A DNA stretch of 62,904 bases, counting the filler, from Rhabdomonas costata (taxonomy: Eukaryota): NCBI GenBank assembly GCA_019059605.1. It is 46 parts of 46 records of this genome, joined end to end, with 100 filler letters (N's around TTAATTAATTAA, not from the genome) between each part and the next. Parts side by side here need not be neighbours in the genome. Positions count along the whole stretch, not along the records: positions 1 to 1,270 come from JAHMHO010021191.1; positions 1,371 to 2,641 come from JAHMHO010021192.1; positions 2,742 to 4,012 come from JAHMHO010021193.1; positions 4,113 to 5,382 come from JAHMHO010021194.1; positions 5,483 to 6,752 come from JAHMHO010021195.1; positions 6,853 to 8,122 come from JAHMHO010021196.1; positions 8,223 to 9,492 come from JAHMHO010021197.1; positions 9,593 to 10,862 come from JAHMHO010021198.1; 38 more parts are not named here. One strand, 5' to 3'. A program made the translations under genes and the position numbers. Shown piece by piece: positions 1 to 13,152 of this stretch (positions within the stretch are counted from its first letter, which is position 1; the number at the start of each line of letters is the position of its first letter). The notes below the pieces were generated by a model. The model did no database searches. It saw nothing but the letters and a program-made list of their open reading frames with translations, and was not told the origin of the DNA.

Positions 1-117
1 TTGGTAGTCGTGAAAGCGCGACTTCCAGGAGAGGCAGCCGTACCGGTCAACTTCGATGTCGGTATTTCCCTTGCCTTCTTCAATCCTCTTCAGCAGCATC
101 GAAGGACCACTTCCCAT
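1..117 (-). CDS. 5' end of unknown eukaryotic protein with possible N-myristoylation motif (MGSGPSMLLKRIEEGKGNTDIEVDRYGCLSWKSRFHDYQ)
   Basis: On the minus strand a long polypyrimidine tract ending in CAG precedes an ATG at 117. The frame is open to the contig edge and starts MGxxxS. Confidence 0.35.
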   Translation of the reverse strand, partial: MGSGPSMLLKRIEEGKGNTDIEVDRYGCLSWKSRFHDYQ

Positions 118-1270
118 CTTGTTCAAAAGGAAAAGGCACAAGCTGAAATCCTGACTTGAAGAGGGAGGGAGAGAGAATGGTAATGGAAGTGCTGAAAGAG
201 AGGTGGGAGGGTTATTGAGGGAGTTGGAGAAAGGGAGAGCAGATTTGCATGTTTTTGACGAAAATTTTGTTTTGCCCGGGGTTAAGAAAGAAGTGGAAAG
301 AAGTGGGAGATTTTGCGAACTACGAAAGGGTCGGAGGTGTCGTGGCTTAGCAAGGAGCTGCGCGCTGGGTACGCACCCTCCTAGCTTGTTTTGTTGACGA
401 TGTTGACGGAGAACTTTCAAAGGAAAAAGGGCTATAGGGAACAGGTTCACTTAACGAATCCAAAGGAGGAACATTCTTCTCGCAGGGGGTGGGACGACTT
501 TTCGGCCCGTCAAGTAGAACCTAAGTCTTTTAAAACCAGTTTTTGGCTTTTAGAAAACACACCTGGTGCTGGAATTCAAAAAATTGAGCAACAATGGTTA
601 TGATTAAATGGACGCGAAGCTGCTGTACTTTCAATTCCGCCATTTTCCCATGACCGCAGAAAAACGTCACCGCCAATTACCTTGTACACAACTTCACTCA
701 ATAAGTAAAGATATTGTTTAGAAGTCAACTTGGTCTTTGCAAAATTTAATTGTTTTGCGGTGTTGTACCTGCATATTATAGCCTTCACTTTGATTGTGTT
801 TGCAGGAGGAGAGCGAGGAGAGGGGGGAAACGCGGACCGGGGGGGGGGTATTTTCTTTATTTTCTTTCCCAAGTTGTCCCATTTACACCCGAACATAAAA
901 TCCAAGAAAAGTGGTATTTTCAGCTTTTGCGCTGATGTTTTTGTTTAAATATTTGCCACTTTTCCACTCAGCAGGGGGTGCAGAAGCTTGCACGGCCGAT
1001 TAATTTTTTTCTTCTTGGAGTTCCACACCTCGGCGTGACAGGGGGGCCGCTGCGCCCCCCACTTTCTCAGGCAAGCCACCAGACGTCACCTCATGCCAAC
1101 CCCCAAAATACCCTCCAACTCTCAGAGGCACCTACCCTCGCCCCCCACGAGGCTACCGCGGTTGCACTTGTAGCACTACCTCCATGAGGAGAGGGGGGCA
1201 CAGGCACGACCTCTGGTAAGCAGTGTTGTTTTCTGCGCTTAACTTTTGCATCTTTTCCACACACCCACAC

Positions 1271-1370
1271 NNNNNNNNNNNNNNNNNNNNNNNNNNNNNN
1301 NNNNNNNNNNNNNNTTAATTAATTAANNNNNNNNNNNNNNNNNNNNNNNNNNNNNNNNNNNNNNNNNNNN
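1271..1370. other. Artificial 100-nt contig spacer (first of 45, recurring every ~1370 nt; last at 61536-61635)
   Basis: N44-TTAATTAATTAA-N44 is repeated identically between ~1265-1271 nt segments. TTAATTAATTAA gives stops in all six frames. ORFs ending in X..LIN or X..N are artefacts of it. Confidence 0.99.
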
Positions 1371-1376
1371 GGTTGG

Positions 1377-1537
1377 TGGTCTTTGCGTTGAATCACACTC
1401 ATCACGGCACACGAGTTTTGCAACGACTAGGGTGAGTCTTAAGACTGACCCCAGCCAGAATGACCTCCCTCTTAAGACTCACCCTAGTCGTTGCAAAACT
1501 CGTGTGCCGTGATGAGTGTGATTCAACGCAAAGACCA
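1377..1537. repeat. Perfect 68-bp inverted repeat at contig start (probable WGA fold-back)
   Basis: 1377-1444 is the exact reverse complement of 1470-1537. Confidence 0.9.
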
Positions 1538-3055
1538 GTACAATAATGAATGCAAACCACGAAAGGGGGGGACAACCCTTGCGCACTCATCATAAACTTC
1601 GCACATTTTTCGGCCGATCCATTTTGAAATCGCCGCACGCGGAAGAGGGCTAAAAAGTCCGCAGCGAAGCATCCAGACCCATCACCCCTTCTTTCATTGC
1701 TTTCCCATTTGGGCAGCGGGATGGAAGTGACGTGAACGGACCTACTTGGTGGGCATCCGCCGTCATCAGCAGCACCGCAGCTTCCACCACGAACAGCATG
1801 AAGCCAAAGGTGCGTGGAACTTTGAGAGACATTTCTACTCTGCAGTAGAAAGCAATGGGAACAGGAACTCCCAGAGAGCAAGTTACACAGGTCGCTACAA
1901 GGGAGCAATCAAGACCAATTTTTTTATAGTTTTTTTATTAATCAGTTCCCAACAACCAAGGTCTTTTCTTCTGCTCTCTCTGAAGTCAGGGTGAAACGGA
2001 AAATCACATACACTTCGTGCATGGACCCAATCGGCATGAGAGAGGAAAGAGTAGAGAACACGTCCCCCAGCACATCTTGCTTACTCGACCCCCGAATGTG
2101 CTGTGTTTTTTGTGGACAAGTTTGTGAGCTAACGGGAAGTGACCAACTTCTGTGTGCTGTTAAAGCTGCTGTATATACAAAAGACCCCAGGCCTGCTTCG
2201 GCTTAGCCCTCCAACATGCACTTTTTCGAATGGTATAAAAGCTGAAAATAAGAAAATGCACAACGTCGCCCTCCTCAAACTAAGTTTTTGACACACTTTT
2301 TGTTTTCGGGAATGGCGGTTACGCGACAATAACAGGGCATGCCCGCACAAACGGGGTGCCAATGGTTCAGGCTAAAATTAAATAAACCATAAGTGGACGA
2401 CAAGAAGACAGAAAGCAGAAAGGTGGGATAGGAGTTGAACACCGAAGTAATTAATTACAGGGAAAGGCGGCTTTAGGCCTCTGGAAGTCTTGCTCTGAAG
2501 GGCGCTAAAGGGAGGTCCCCTTCACCACGGAGGCATGCAGGCGCTTCCACGCATGGGCAACTTCGGCTGCTGGCCTGCCAAAACGCATGCTGTGCAGCTT
2601 TGCGAGTTTGCGAACCATGGAACTCGGCACAGCGTGGGCCGNNNNNNNNNNNNNNNNNNNNNNNNNNNNNNNNNNNNNNNNNNNNTTAATTAATTAANNN
2701 NNNNNNNNNNNNNNNNNNNNNNNNNNNNNNNNNNNNNNNNNGAACTTTAGACCGCGCCCGTGTTTCCAGCTTTCTCAGCTTTCGGGTTTTGTGCTTCGTT
2801 TGCACCGACCTGCAGTGAATTTTAGCCTCTCTTGTTAATTTTGGTGGTTTCGTCGCCATCCATGCAAATCCGTAGCATGTGGTAGGTTCTTGCACATGGA
2901 TGAAAAGAGTGTGGTGCAGGAACCACACCAGTCCAAATGAAGCTTCTCCCTAGAGGTAATCAAAATGGGGGGAGAGGACGTAAAAGCAAAAAAGAAAACA
3001 GTATTCGGGTTGCGCAGTCTCCGGCTTTTTGGTGCGTCCGGATGCGCGAACGAAA

Positions 3056-3285
3056 GACACACGCACACGCGCACGCGCGCACACAGACACACACACACAC
3101 ACACACACACACTGCTGGAACACGAAACTGATGACGAACCGCTCTTTGCGTGCGTAGTAGTGTGCGATGACTGACATAGATCTCCAAAATTCAGAGGTTC
3201 CCTCACTGCTTTGCACGGCGTCACATCCCACAACCGTTGCCAGTTGCCAGACACACGAACACACACACAAGACACACACACACAC
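3056..3285. repeat. (CA)n/(CG)n microsatellites
   Basis: Visible acacac/gcacgc runs at ~3056-3112 and ~3250-3285. Confidence 0.9.
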
Positions 3286-4804
3286 AAAGGTGAACAAAGG
3301 AATGGGGATCAACAAACTGAAAAACTGACCTCCACACATAAATAATAAGAATACCCACACGCTTGAGTTGTGACCACCCCCCCTCCTAAGACCTGTTGGC
3401 ATTGCTTGAGAGGCCGACCCTCGCAGAAAGACTTGCTAAATCCAAGAAAAGGACTGAACAGAGGGCGGGCAGGTGAGCAGTGGAAGCACTAAGCACCGAG
3501 CGATGCTGTAGTGGGGAGTTGTAAGCGAATGCTGTGCCCGAGGGAAGGAAGGAAGGAAAAACCTCTTTGACCCAGAGGAATACAAAAAGCTATGGGTAGA
3601 GGAAAGGGCAAACGGGAAAGCTGCGGGAAAACAAAGAGAAGAAACAGAAAGGGGTGACTACCGCCTGTGACATCACAACATCAACATCATCAATTTCGCG
3701 CCCTCACCACCACCAGAGCTCGAGTGAGGGGTCATCTTGCCTTTTTTGTACCGATGTGGACGCACTCAATCACTTCCAAAAAAAATCAACTCAGCGCAGA
3801 AACAAAAGGACTGCTGCAGATGTGCAACCAAAGAAGCTGAAGGGGAAGAGAATGTGCGACGGATGGCAGGGAGCCCGTTACTACTCTCATGCCAATGCCC
3901 ACCACAAGCACACACACACACACACCGAGGAAAATGACATCGAGCCGCTGCCTCCCCCGACCTCGAGGGTGTCTTGTCTCATCGAGTCTCACCACTTAGT
4001 GGGAGAGGACGGNNNNNNNNNNNNNNNNNNNNNNNNNNNNNNNNNNNNNNNNNNNNTTAATTAATTAANNNNNNNNNNNNNNNNNNNNNNNNNNNNNNNN
4101 NNNNNNNNNNNNTGTGGTTGGGGTTCAAATGGAAGATTTTGAAGTGGGGGACAGGACGATGCGTGTGTCCCGGAGTTTTCCAGAGGATGTCTTTCGTCAC
4201 GGAGCGCCGAGAGTGAAGAATATCGCCATTACTGAACCAGTAAACTGAACTACTAAAGTTTAAAATGGCCATTTGGAAAGCAAAAGTAAGAAGCAGACAA
4301 ATAATTACCACAAAAACATGACAAAAAACTCGATTTTGTCAATCTGCTGCTGCTGTCTCGATGCCACGCCATGCCACGCCATATGCATCTTTTTATGACC
4401 AAAATCGAAGGAATGCAAAATCCAAAGTGCAAAAATTCAGAAACAGCCAGCGTCATTGCCAAAACTGCTCAAAAATCCCCCCCCAATCGCTATGAAGTGG
4501 AAAAGTGTTCGCGTTTTGGCACTGCCACGACAAAGTACACGGTTCGTGAAATAAAAATGTCCACAGCTATTTATATATCCAGTTAATTAGATGCAGCATC
4601 TGGTTCGTTGGCGTTCCCATGGTCGAAACCGACCGTCTTCTCTGTTGTGCTCTAATCTCTCTCTTTGGGATGAGGGGCGCGGAAGCTCGAGGCCAGCCTT
4701 AAAGTTCTGCATCCTCCACCGAAAGGAAGAATGGAAGGGCGTCGGTAAGATGTGTGCGCTATGTCGTGGGGTTTTGAGAAGTTGAGTACTTGCCCCCATC
4801 TTAG

Positions 4805-5022
4805 GTGATTCAGTCCACGGCGTACACCCGCCTGAGCATTGTGTACGACCCGGACTTTGTGGACTACGGCGGCGCGGACCTGGCGGGGTGGGCGGCCGCC
4901 CTGCGGGAGGTCCACCTCACCTTCTTCACCACTGCTGCCGTGCGGCCCTCCATGGCGGACGCCGCGCTGCGCGGCGCGCTGAATGTCTCCCTGCTTGGGG
5001 TGCTGCAGCCTGGATACCGCGG
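4805..5022 (+). CDS. Single exon of unknown protein (VIQSTAYTRLSIVYDPDFVDYGGADLAGWAAALREVHL...), weakly like an extracellular periplasmic-binding-type receptor domain
   Basis: TTAG acceptor, GC3-rich open frame and GT donor inside AT-richer intron sequence. The family assignment is weak. Confidence 0.45.
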
Positions 5023-5482
5023 GTCGGCGACCACGCCACCCACCCACATATATGCTCATTCGCAGCCAAAGCACAGATAGCTGGTGGAAAAAGTACTCGA
5101 CAAAACCCGGTTACCCATGGGGTTAAGGGCAACGTATGGAAAACTCTGCGATCATTTTTCACATTTACCGAGTTTTTTATTGAGGCTTGGCTTTTTATTG
5201 AGGTTGTCTTTGCTAGAAAAAAGGTTTGACAAAACTCAAAATAAAAAGGATCCTAAAAAGGCAAGTACATGTAATTCCGCATCTTTTTTTCCTTGTCCCA
5301 TCGTAAGTCAATGTTGCAGCAAAAACTGCGCACATACCGTAGACCTATCTCAAAACTGACTTTTCGGTGACACCAACACACANNNNNNNNNNNNNNNNNN
5401 NNNNNNNNNNNNNNNNNNNNNNNNNNTTAATTAATTAANNNNNNNNNNNNNNNNNNNNNNNNNNNNNNNNNNNNNNNNNNNN

Positions 5483-6752
5483 TGTGTGGGGTGGAGCCGG
5501 CCTTTCGTCGGCGTTCTTCGGGTGGGAGTACTCCCACCAATGTCTAGCTCCACGTGTGGGGGTGGTGAGGGGGCTTCTGCGGATGCCCCTCTCCTGGTGG
5601 GGAGCTGGAATGTGTCCTGGTGGAGTCAGCACCGCCTCTCTTCGGTGGAATCTCTGAATGTACATCTTCTGGCGGTGCAGGAGACCAAATTGGCGCGGTT
5701 GCCTTTGGAGCATGCCTCTTCGGCACTACGCCGCCTGGGGTATACCCTTCATCACGGTGTTGCACCTTCTGCTCGCCGTCCCGGTGGTCATGGGTACCGC
5801 GCTGGCGTGGGCGTTTTGGCGTCCCCTGGGGTGGCCGTCTCTCCTTTGCCTCCCCAGGGCCCGGCTTGGCGCCGGCTTCATGCTATGGCTCGGCTTCACG
5901 GAGTGCTGGTGCCACGACGACCCGGTCTTCCTCTCGGCCTACGAGTCTTTACGGTGTATGCCTCTCTCCCGCGGGACCCTGGGCGCGAGGTCTTCAGGGC
6001 CACTTTTCTGGAGTTCGTTGCCCTCCTGGACATGCAGATCCCTACCCTCCTCTTGGGCGACTTCAATGGCACCGTAGCGCCTGCTCAGGATTACAGTTCG
6101 GCTTGGGCCCTGTCTGCCCTTTGCTCAGCCGTCTTCTTGGCCCGGGGGGCGCTTTCATTGACCTACAGCTCGCGGTGTCCCCGGAGGACTGGGCCTTCAC
6201 CTTTACCATGCCCAATCACTCTACCCTGATGCACTCCCGGTGTGATCTCGCTCTTGGCAACCGGGCTGCCATTGCGCTGGTACGCCGGGTATGGGTTGCG
6301 TCTGGGATTCTGGACGGCGGGCACTCTCCAGTTATGGTGGAGTTTCACACCTCTTCGGCGTGGGCCCTATCATGGCAAGCCCCTCGGCCCCGCTTGCCGC
6401 CTCTTCTCACTTTACGTGGGGCTGAGCTTCGAGCTTCCACTGATTGGCAAGCACTCCTCTTGCGGTGGGAAACCTCTGATGCCTTTCGCGGCCTCTCGTC
6501 TCTTCCTTCTGGGGCCAACGCCCAGTTTGTCTCTGGCCGCATACAAGCGGCCCTGGATTCTTTGGTTACCCTGGCTGGAGGATGGACTACCCGCCCTCCT
6601 GTCCGCCGGCAGGCTTATGAGTCCCAAGATGTTCGACGGCTGCGGGCCTCCCTCGCTCTCTTGGGTCAGTGTCACGCTCTCCTTCAATACGAATTACGTG
6701 GGATACCCTTCCCCGTGGGCACCTTTTCTACCCCCCTGTTGAAGTTGGTGGC
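5483..6752 (+). mobile_element. Non-LTR retrotransposon (LINE) ORF2 N-terminus with APE/EEP endonuclease, one frameshift near 6095-6105
   Basis: EEP motifs occur in order: GSWNV, LAVQETKL, GVGVL, TVYA and LLGDFNG in ORF 5486, then FTF..SRCD and GGHSPV in ORF 5620. No introns. Confidence 0.85.
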
Positions 6753-8222
6753 NNNNNNNNNNNNNNNNNNNNNNNNNNNNNNNNNNNNNNNNNNNNTTAA
6801 TTAATTAANNNNNNNNNNNNNNNNNNNNNNNNNNNNNNNNNNNNNNNNNNNNGGTGGGGGGGGGTGGCGTTTTCGGCCTGCCTTATGAGAGCTGTTGCTT
6901 CGAACATTACTTGCTTCCTGTGCCTTTGTCTGCTAGAACTGTGCCTCCTGCTCTCCGCTGTTGCAATTCTGTTATTTCATCAGAGAAAGGGTTATTTTGC
7001 TGGAAGGTGCACCCACGATGAGTGGGAGGGAAACCGAGCACTGCTTTCCTATGCACCACAGCTTGCTTTTTCAAAGACAGACTGCAGCACTTTTGCCTGC
7101 TCTCTCTATTTATTCCATCATTCCTGCGTCTTGTGCTTCAGAGAGAGTTTGCGAGAAACAAGCTCTTGATGCAAGCCAAGCCTACACCTTCCCATGGTAT
7201 CGTAGGCGCCATGAAATGTGGTCCACTCTTTGCCTTTGTGTTTCCTTGCTTTGGATTCAAATTGTTGCTTGACTTTGGGAGTTGCTTCTTGAAGTTTGGG
7301 CATCTGCCTGTATTTCTCACGCGGTGAATCGTCCCCTGTGGTACAAAACCGAACTGACTGCGATGTTTAGGTGAATTAGTCATCGAAAAAGGTGCTCACC
7401 CACGCCCGAGTTCAAGGGAACAAGACTTCGGATCGCGCATGACACCTGCAACTCTGGGCTATGTGGAGAAGCCCCTGCCGAACATTGGTTCCGCCCAAAA
7501 TGTGGAATCGCTTTGATAATGGGTCTCCTTCATCCCCTTTGGACTTTTAGGTGCCTCTCATGCACCCTTCCCTTTTTCGGACGGCAGCCGAAGTCATGGA
7601 CCTGCAATCGTCAGTATTTTTTGCTGGCGTCGTGGTTGGCAGTATGCCATGATGAGCAACGTGCAGCTGGGGTGAGCCGTCGGTCAATTCGCGCGATCAC
7701 TTGAATTGGCTTTCGTGCTCCTTGGTTGTTCCCAGATCCGGCTTGCCCCACAAAAATGTATTGCTGTGGGTAGTTCCCAATTAGGGACTGATGAAACGTG
7801 CTCCAATTACCGAGTGTCCCACACAAAATGATGCGACTTTTATCGCAATAAAGAATGCCAGTTGAGAGCCCTGGGTGCGATAAGGGATTGTCGTGTTGCC
7901 GGGTAGTCGTGAAGTGTTTGCGAGGTTGTATCACACGGTCTCTTCCCTCTTCCTTTGCCTGTCTATCTCTCTCTTCTCTTTGCAGGTTGACTCGTTTTCT
8001 TGTTTGTTTTCCTTGTTCTTGCTTGCTTGCTTTTTTATCTGGTGTTTTTACTCCATTTATACCTTTGAAACGTCCCCCAATCGAAATGATGTGCGTCCTG
8101 TTCTTCGCCACTACCCAACAACNNNNNNNNNNNNNNNNNNNNNNNNNNNNNNNNNNNNNNNNNNNNTTAATTAATTAANNNNNNNNNNNNNNNNNNNNNN
8201 NNNNNNNNNNNNNNNNNNNNNN

Positions 8223-9492
8223 GGTTTGGTGGGCGCACATGACCTGCCGTGGCGTGTCGTATCACGATGACGCCGTCTACGCGTCCGAGCAGAGCCCCAC
8301 CGGCAGCGCCAGCCCCGCCGTCGCGCCGAATGCCTGCCCGAAACGCATCTTCGTACCGACGGCCGACACACGCCTGATCGCCCTGAACGCCGACACCGGC
8401 AAGATGTGCGAAGACTTCGGTGACAAAGGCCAGGTCGACCTGCGTGCCAATATCGGCAGCTTCGCCCCAGGCGGTTACTACTCCACGTCGCCACCGGCCG
8501 TGACCAAGAACCTGGTGGTGATCGGCGGCCACGTCACCGACAACGTCTCCACCGACGAACCCAGCGGCGTGATCCGCGCGTTCGACGTGCACACCGGCAA
8601 GTTGGTGTGGAACTGGGACAGCGGCAACCCGGACGACACTACCCCGTTGGCCGAGGGCAAGACCTACACCCGCAACTCGCCAAACATGTGGTCGATGTTC
8701 GCGGTGGACGAAAAACTCGGCATGCTCTACCTGCCGATGGGCAACCAGATGCCTGACCAGTACGGCGGCGACCGGACTCCGGATTCCGAGAAGTACAGCG
8801 CCGGCCTGACTGCCCTGGACATCGATAGCGGCCACGTGAAATGGACCTTCCAGTTCACTCACCATGATCTGTGGGACATGGACGTGGGCGGCCAGCCTTC
8901 GCTGATCGACATCAAGACCGCTGAAGGCGTGAAGCAAGCGGTGATGGCGTCGACCAAGCAAGGCAGCATCTACGTCCTGGACCGCACCAACGGTCAGCCC
9001 GTGGTGCCGATCAATGAAATCCCTGTACCGCAAGGCGCAGTGGCCGGCGATCACACCGCACCGACCCAACCGAAATCCGACCTGAACTTCATGCCACCGC
9101 CCCTCAAGGAGCGTGACATGTGGGGCGTGACGCCGTTCGACCAGATGCTGTGCCGGATTGACTTCAAATCCATGCGCTACGACGGTCCGTTCACCCCGCC
9201 ATCGCTGCAAGGCTCGATCGTTTACCCGGGTAACTTTGGCGTGTTCGACTGGGGCGGCATTTCCGTCGACCCGGTGCGCCAGATTGCCTTCGTGAACCCG
9301 AGCTACATGGCGTTCAAATCGAAACTGATCCCGGCCGCCGACATCGCCAAGCAAGGCCCACGGGTCAGCGAAACCGAAGGCGTGCAGCCGAACAAAGGCG
9401 CGCCGTACGGCGTGATCCTCGAAGCCATGCTGTCGCCACTGGGCCTGCCGTGCCAGGCGCCGGCGTGGGGTTATGTGGCCGCGGTCGACACA
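8223..9492 (+). CDS. gcd: Bacterial membrane-bound PQQ-dependent glucose/quinate/shikimate dehydrogenase, internal fragment (Pseudomonas-like)
   Basis: Intronless frame spanning the whole contig. Motifs TCRGVSY, EPSGVIRAFDVHTGKLVWNWD, NSPNMWS, FQFTHHDLWDMDV, PGNFGVFDWGG and PCQAPAWGYVAAVD. High-GC3 proteobacterial codon usage. gcd versus quiA is not resolvable by eye. Confidence 0.9.
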
Positions 9493-12468
9493 NNNNNNNN
9501 NNNNNNNNNNNNNNNNNNNNNNNNNNNNNNNNNNNNTTAATTAATTAANNNNNNNNNNNNNNNNNNNNNNNNNNNNNNNNNNNNNNNNNNNNTTTTGGGT
9601 TTCTCATGCACCATTAAGGCTCCAATGACACCAAACGGTCTGCATCAACGCAGCCGTCCTTGCCTCAAGCCAACTTCGAGAGGCACAAGCAGTGCTGAAA
9701 TTCTCTGCGAAGGAAGCAGCCCCCAACCCCTCCCCACTTTCATTTCTCTCATGGTTTTCAGTCCCAGCACTGTATACCAAACGACAGCCCTTCCCATCAA
9801 ATGAGCGATAAGAAAAAGGCTGAATCGGAAACTCTTTGACTGAATCATTGTCGGGGCATCCGAAATCGCTCCATTCCCCGACAAAGAAGATGTTGCGTCG
9901 TACACACATACACTCACACAAAAACTGAGCACAAACTACCTCCACATTACAAACCCACACACATACACTCACATGCTGCCCTCTGGGCACTCCAACACAA
10001 CGCAGAACTCGCAGAAGTTAGGGGAACCGCATTTTGAAAGGCATATGGCCCAGAGGAAATGAAGAGCTCTACCAAAAGAATGAACCCCGGGCAAAAGCCT
10101 GGGACACTCAAACAAAGCCCCCGCGCAGCGCAGTAGCGGTGTGTTGGGGGACAGAAAGAAAGAAAGAGGAGAAGAGGGGGGGGGGCAAAGGCGGAGAGAG
10201 GTGTCACGATACTTGGTGACTAATGGAAACTATGATAATCTCACCACAAGAGGGAGAGAAGAAACACGGAGGCCATGGAAAAACGAACGCCGAGGAGAAA
10301 ATAGCCCCCCGTATTCATACCCAGCAGGGATCACTGCGGCGGGCACGTGAAGAGTGCCCGCACACATGCCTGCACGCATCGCATTTCTCGAACCACGTGG
10401 GGGTACGTGGGACCGAGAGACTGTGCACTCCAGCCTGAGAGTGACACAGACTCACAACCGAGGAAGCCAGGGAGCGAGCACTGCGTCCGCACGTCCACGT
10501 GCCGTCATTCCGTCATTTCATCATTCCGCCACAACAGGGCCACAAAAAAAAAAGCGAAAATCCGGGAGTGAGTGAAACTACAGGGTGAATCGGAGGTGAA
10601 TCGCACCTTGATCCTTTGGCAGGCAGACATGGGGGGTGGCTCCATGCCCGGAAAAGTCAGTAGACTAAATCACTCAAGGGATGGGTGTTGCTCAGGCCGC
10701 TCGGTACGTCGACATGTAGGTGTATGCGTTTGTGTGGAGGTCCCGTACCTGTGACGCAAGTGTAGCACTGCCTCTTTGGAAAGAGTAGTAGTCCCGATTC
10801 CAAGCCAAAACCTGGGAACTCCACACCTGGTAGACTCGGTTGGCCTTGATTCGGGTTGTGCCNNNNNNNNNNNNNNNNNNNNNNNNNNNNNNNNNNNNNN
10901 NNNNNNTTAATTAATTAANNNNNNNNNNNNNNNNNNNNNNNNNNNNNNNNNNNNNNNNNNNNTTGTTTGGGGAAGTTCTGACATGGATTCGTGTCTGCGT
11001 GTCCTGCTCTACCACCACATCCGGTATCTGGCCTGATTTCAGGCTGGCGTAATCCGATGGTGGAGCTTAAGATGGTTGGATCTGGGTGTTCCTGTCTGGT
11101 TCTGCAGGGCTTGACGGTGAATCCGTACTGTCAACAATCGCTCTGTTGGAATTGCTCAGGGTATTCTAGTTTGATCACGGAGACCCCGGTGGGTTGTAGG
11201 TTGGGGTCGCTGGCGGGGTGTTTGTTAACGTCGTCACCGCGTTGATCAATAGTGGTGTTCAGTGGTAGTCATTATGATATTATGATTCGTTCGAAATAGA
11301 CCAGTGAAAGGTGCCATGTGCAATGGGAAGATGTTGTGGTACTAGTGACAAGGGGTCCGGGTGGCATCTGGGACAAATCCTTCTGGGTGGTGCCAATGTG
11401 ACGTGCGGGTTGAATTTTGAACGGTGTGGTAGAAACGATATGGCGGTATGTGCGTGCGTGCGTGCGTGTTTGTCTCTTCTTCCGACTCTTACATTGCGTC
11501 GCCTCTCCCTTAACAACAAAAGAAATGTGACTCTGCTGACAAAGTTCGGGGAGACTGTCAAGCGCACGTACCAGGGCGAGGTTCCCCTGCAAGAGCTCAA
11601 GTTGACCGAGGGCAAGTACTGCATTTGGGTGTTCACCACGGTCGGGAAATGCATCGCTTCTGTGCTGGGTTCTGATGCATCTCCCACCCCACCCTACCGC
11701 TTTCGGCACTCCCTTTCTGAAGTACCTTCATGGACCATGGTGCCCATCTCGAATGGTTATGGCGCGTTTCACCTTGAAGCAGAAAAACGCAGAAACACAG
11801 GAAACGACAGAATCACAGTAATGCTGAGTAACAAACACTTATCCAGACTACGAGACAGGTACAGGCACTGGACTGGGCATGCAACAGTGGAATCTCTGAA
11901 TTTTGGCTTCATATGGTAAGCCATTTCAGCACATTAATCGCGACCCCTCCCCCTGGCATCTGTTTTCATCTTGAACCTCCCAAATCGAGTTGAGGATATT
12001 CGAAGCCTACCTTTTGGTTCGCTCCCCAAGCCCTTCGATGGCGAGACACGCCCTGAACTGCTACTTTTTTCTGGTCGCTCGCTCATTATTCTCTCTCTTG
12101 CCGCAGTTCATGGCCTTCACTCTCTTCTGTTGCTATCCCAGGGTCGTGGGCCTCGAAAAGGAAGCCTTTGCATGCCCTGGATGCCAGCAACCTGGGCACC
12201 CACCTGGGCGCAGCCCTGATCACCAACCCCCCNNNNNNNNNNNNNNNNNNNNNNNNNNNNNNNNNNNNNNNNNNNNTTAATTAATTAANNNNNNNNNNNN
12301 NNNNNNNNNNNNNNNNNNNNNNNNNNNNNNNNTGTTTGTGGTTGAAAAAACCTCACAGCTCACCCTACCGGGGAGGGGGGGGGCATAAATGCACTAGCGC
12401 CGACTTTTCATACCAAAAACCGTGCTCCTGTGACTCTAATGATTGTGATTGTGGTCGCTCCACCGCAG

Positions 12469-12622
12469 GGGGCGAGCCGTTGGAGTGCCCAGCGTGGGGC
12501 ACCTGGGGATGCGAATCGTGGGTGGGGAGGCCCTGGACCTGGTTCTTGTCAGCGAAGCGCTGTTCATGAAGGCCGTGTTCGACGTTGCCCACCAGATCCA
12601 GCGGCGCGGTGGTGTTCGCCTG
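12469..12622 (+). CDS. Exon of bacterial-type TGS-fused uridine/nucleoside kinase, segment just before the P-loop (GRAVGVPSVGHLGMRIVGGEALDLVLVSEALFMKAVFDVAHQIQRRGGVRL)
   Basis: CAG acceptor and GT donor. Matches the recalled family pattern W..LGV..VG.LN..I..G....LI..EAL..K.I..IA..I......+LV that precedes AGPSSSGKTT. Confidence 0.65.
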
Positions 12623-13152
12623 GTCCGCGCCCCGTCCTTCCCCTATCATTTCTTTCCCATCTTTCATCTACCCACCCAATCTTACAAAGAATCGTGCTGC
12701 CGTAGTGAATTTCCCCCACCCGCACATGAACTGCTATCGGGCTGCTCATGCATTTAGGTGCTGTTTTTGTTCCCTGTGTCCGCGGAAGACTTTTCCTCTG
12801 TAACCTGCTTGTTGATATCATATTTGCGATACAGAATGCTGCTCAGGCTACTTTAATTGGCATTCCACTACCTATCCCCACACGCCTGACCACCGCAGGT
12901 TCCTGTTCATTGCTGTCCCCACCCTACCCTGATCACGATAATCATCCCCTTTTGACGCATGACGCAGACTGCTGGTTCAGTTGACTGGAGAAAAATTTGA
13001 AATAGAATGTATCGACCACAAAAAAGCCCCAAATAACCCCTTCGAAACACGAAGACCTGTATTTCGAAATGATGAAAACATAGAGCTTCGAAGTCTTAGC
13101 GTAAAATAGGTGTGGAAAGGAGGGTGTGCGGAAAGTGAAATAAAACACGTAC

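Noticed and set aside
2835..3402. Overlapping CVCV/HTHT ORFs
   Set aside because: Translations of (CA)n microsatellites.
8167..9354. 395-aa minus-strand ORF
   Set aside because: Antisense shadow of the high-GC3 PQQ dehydrogenase gene.
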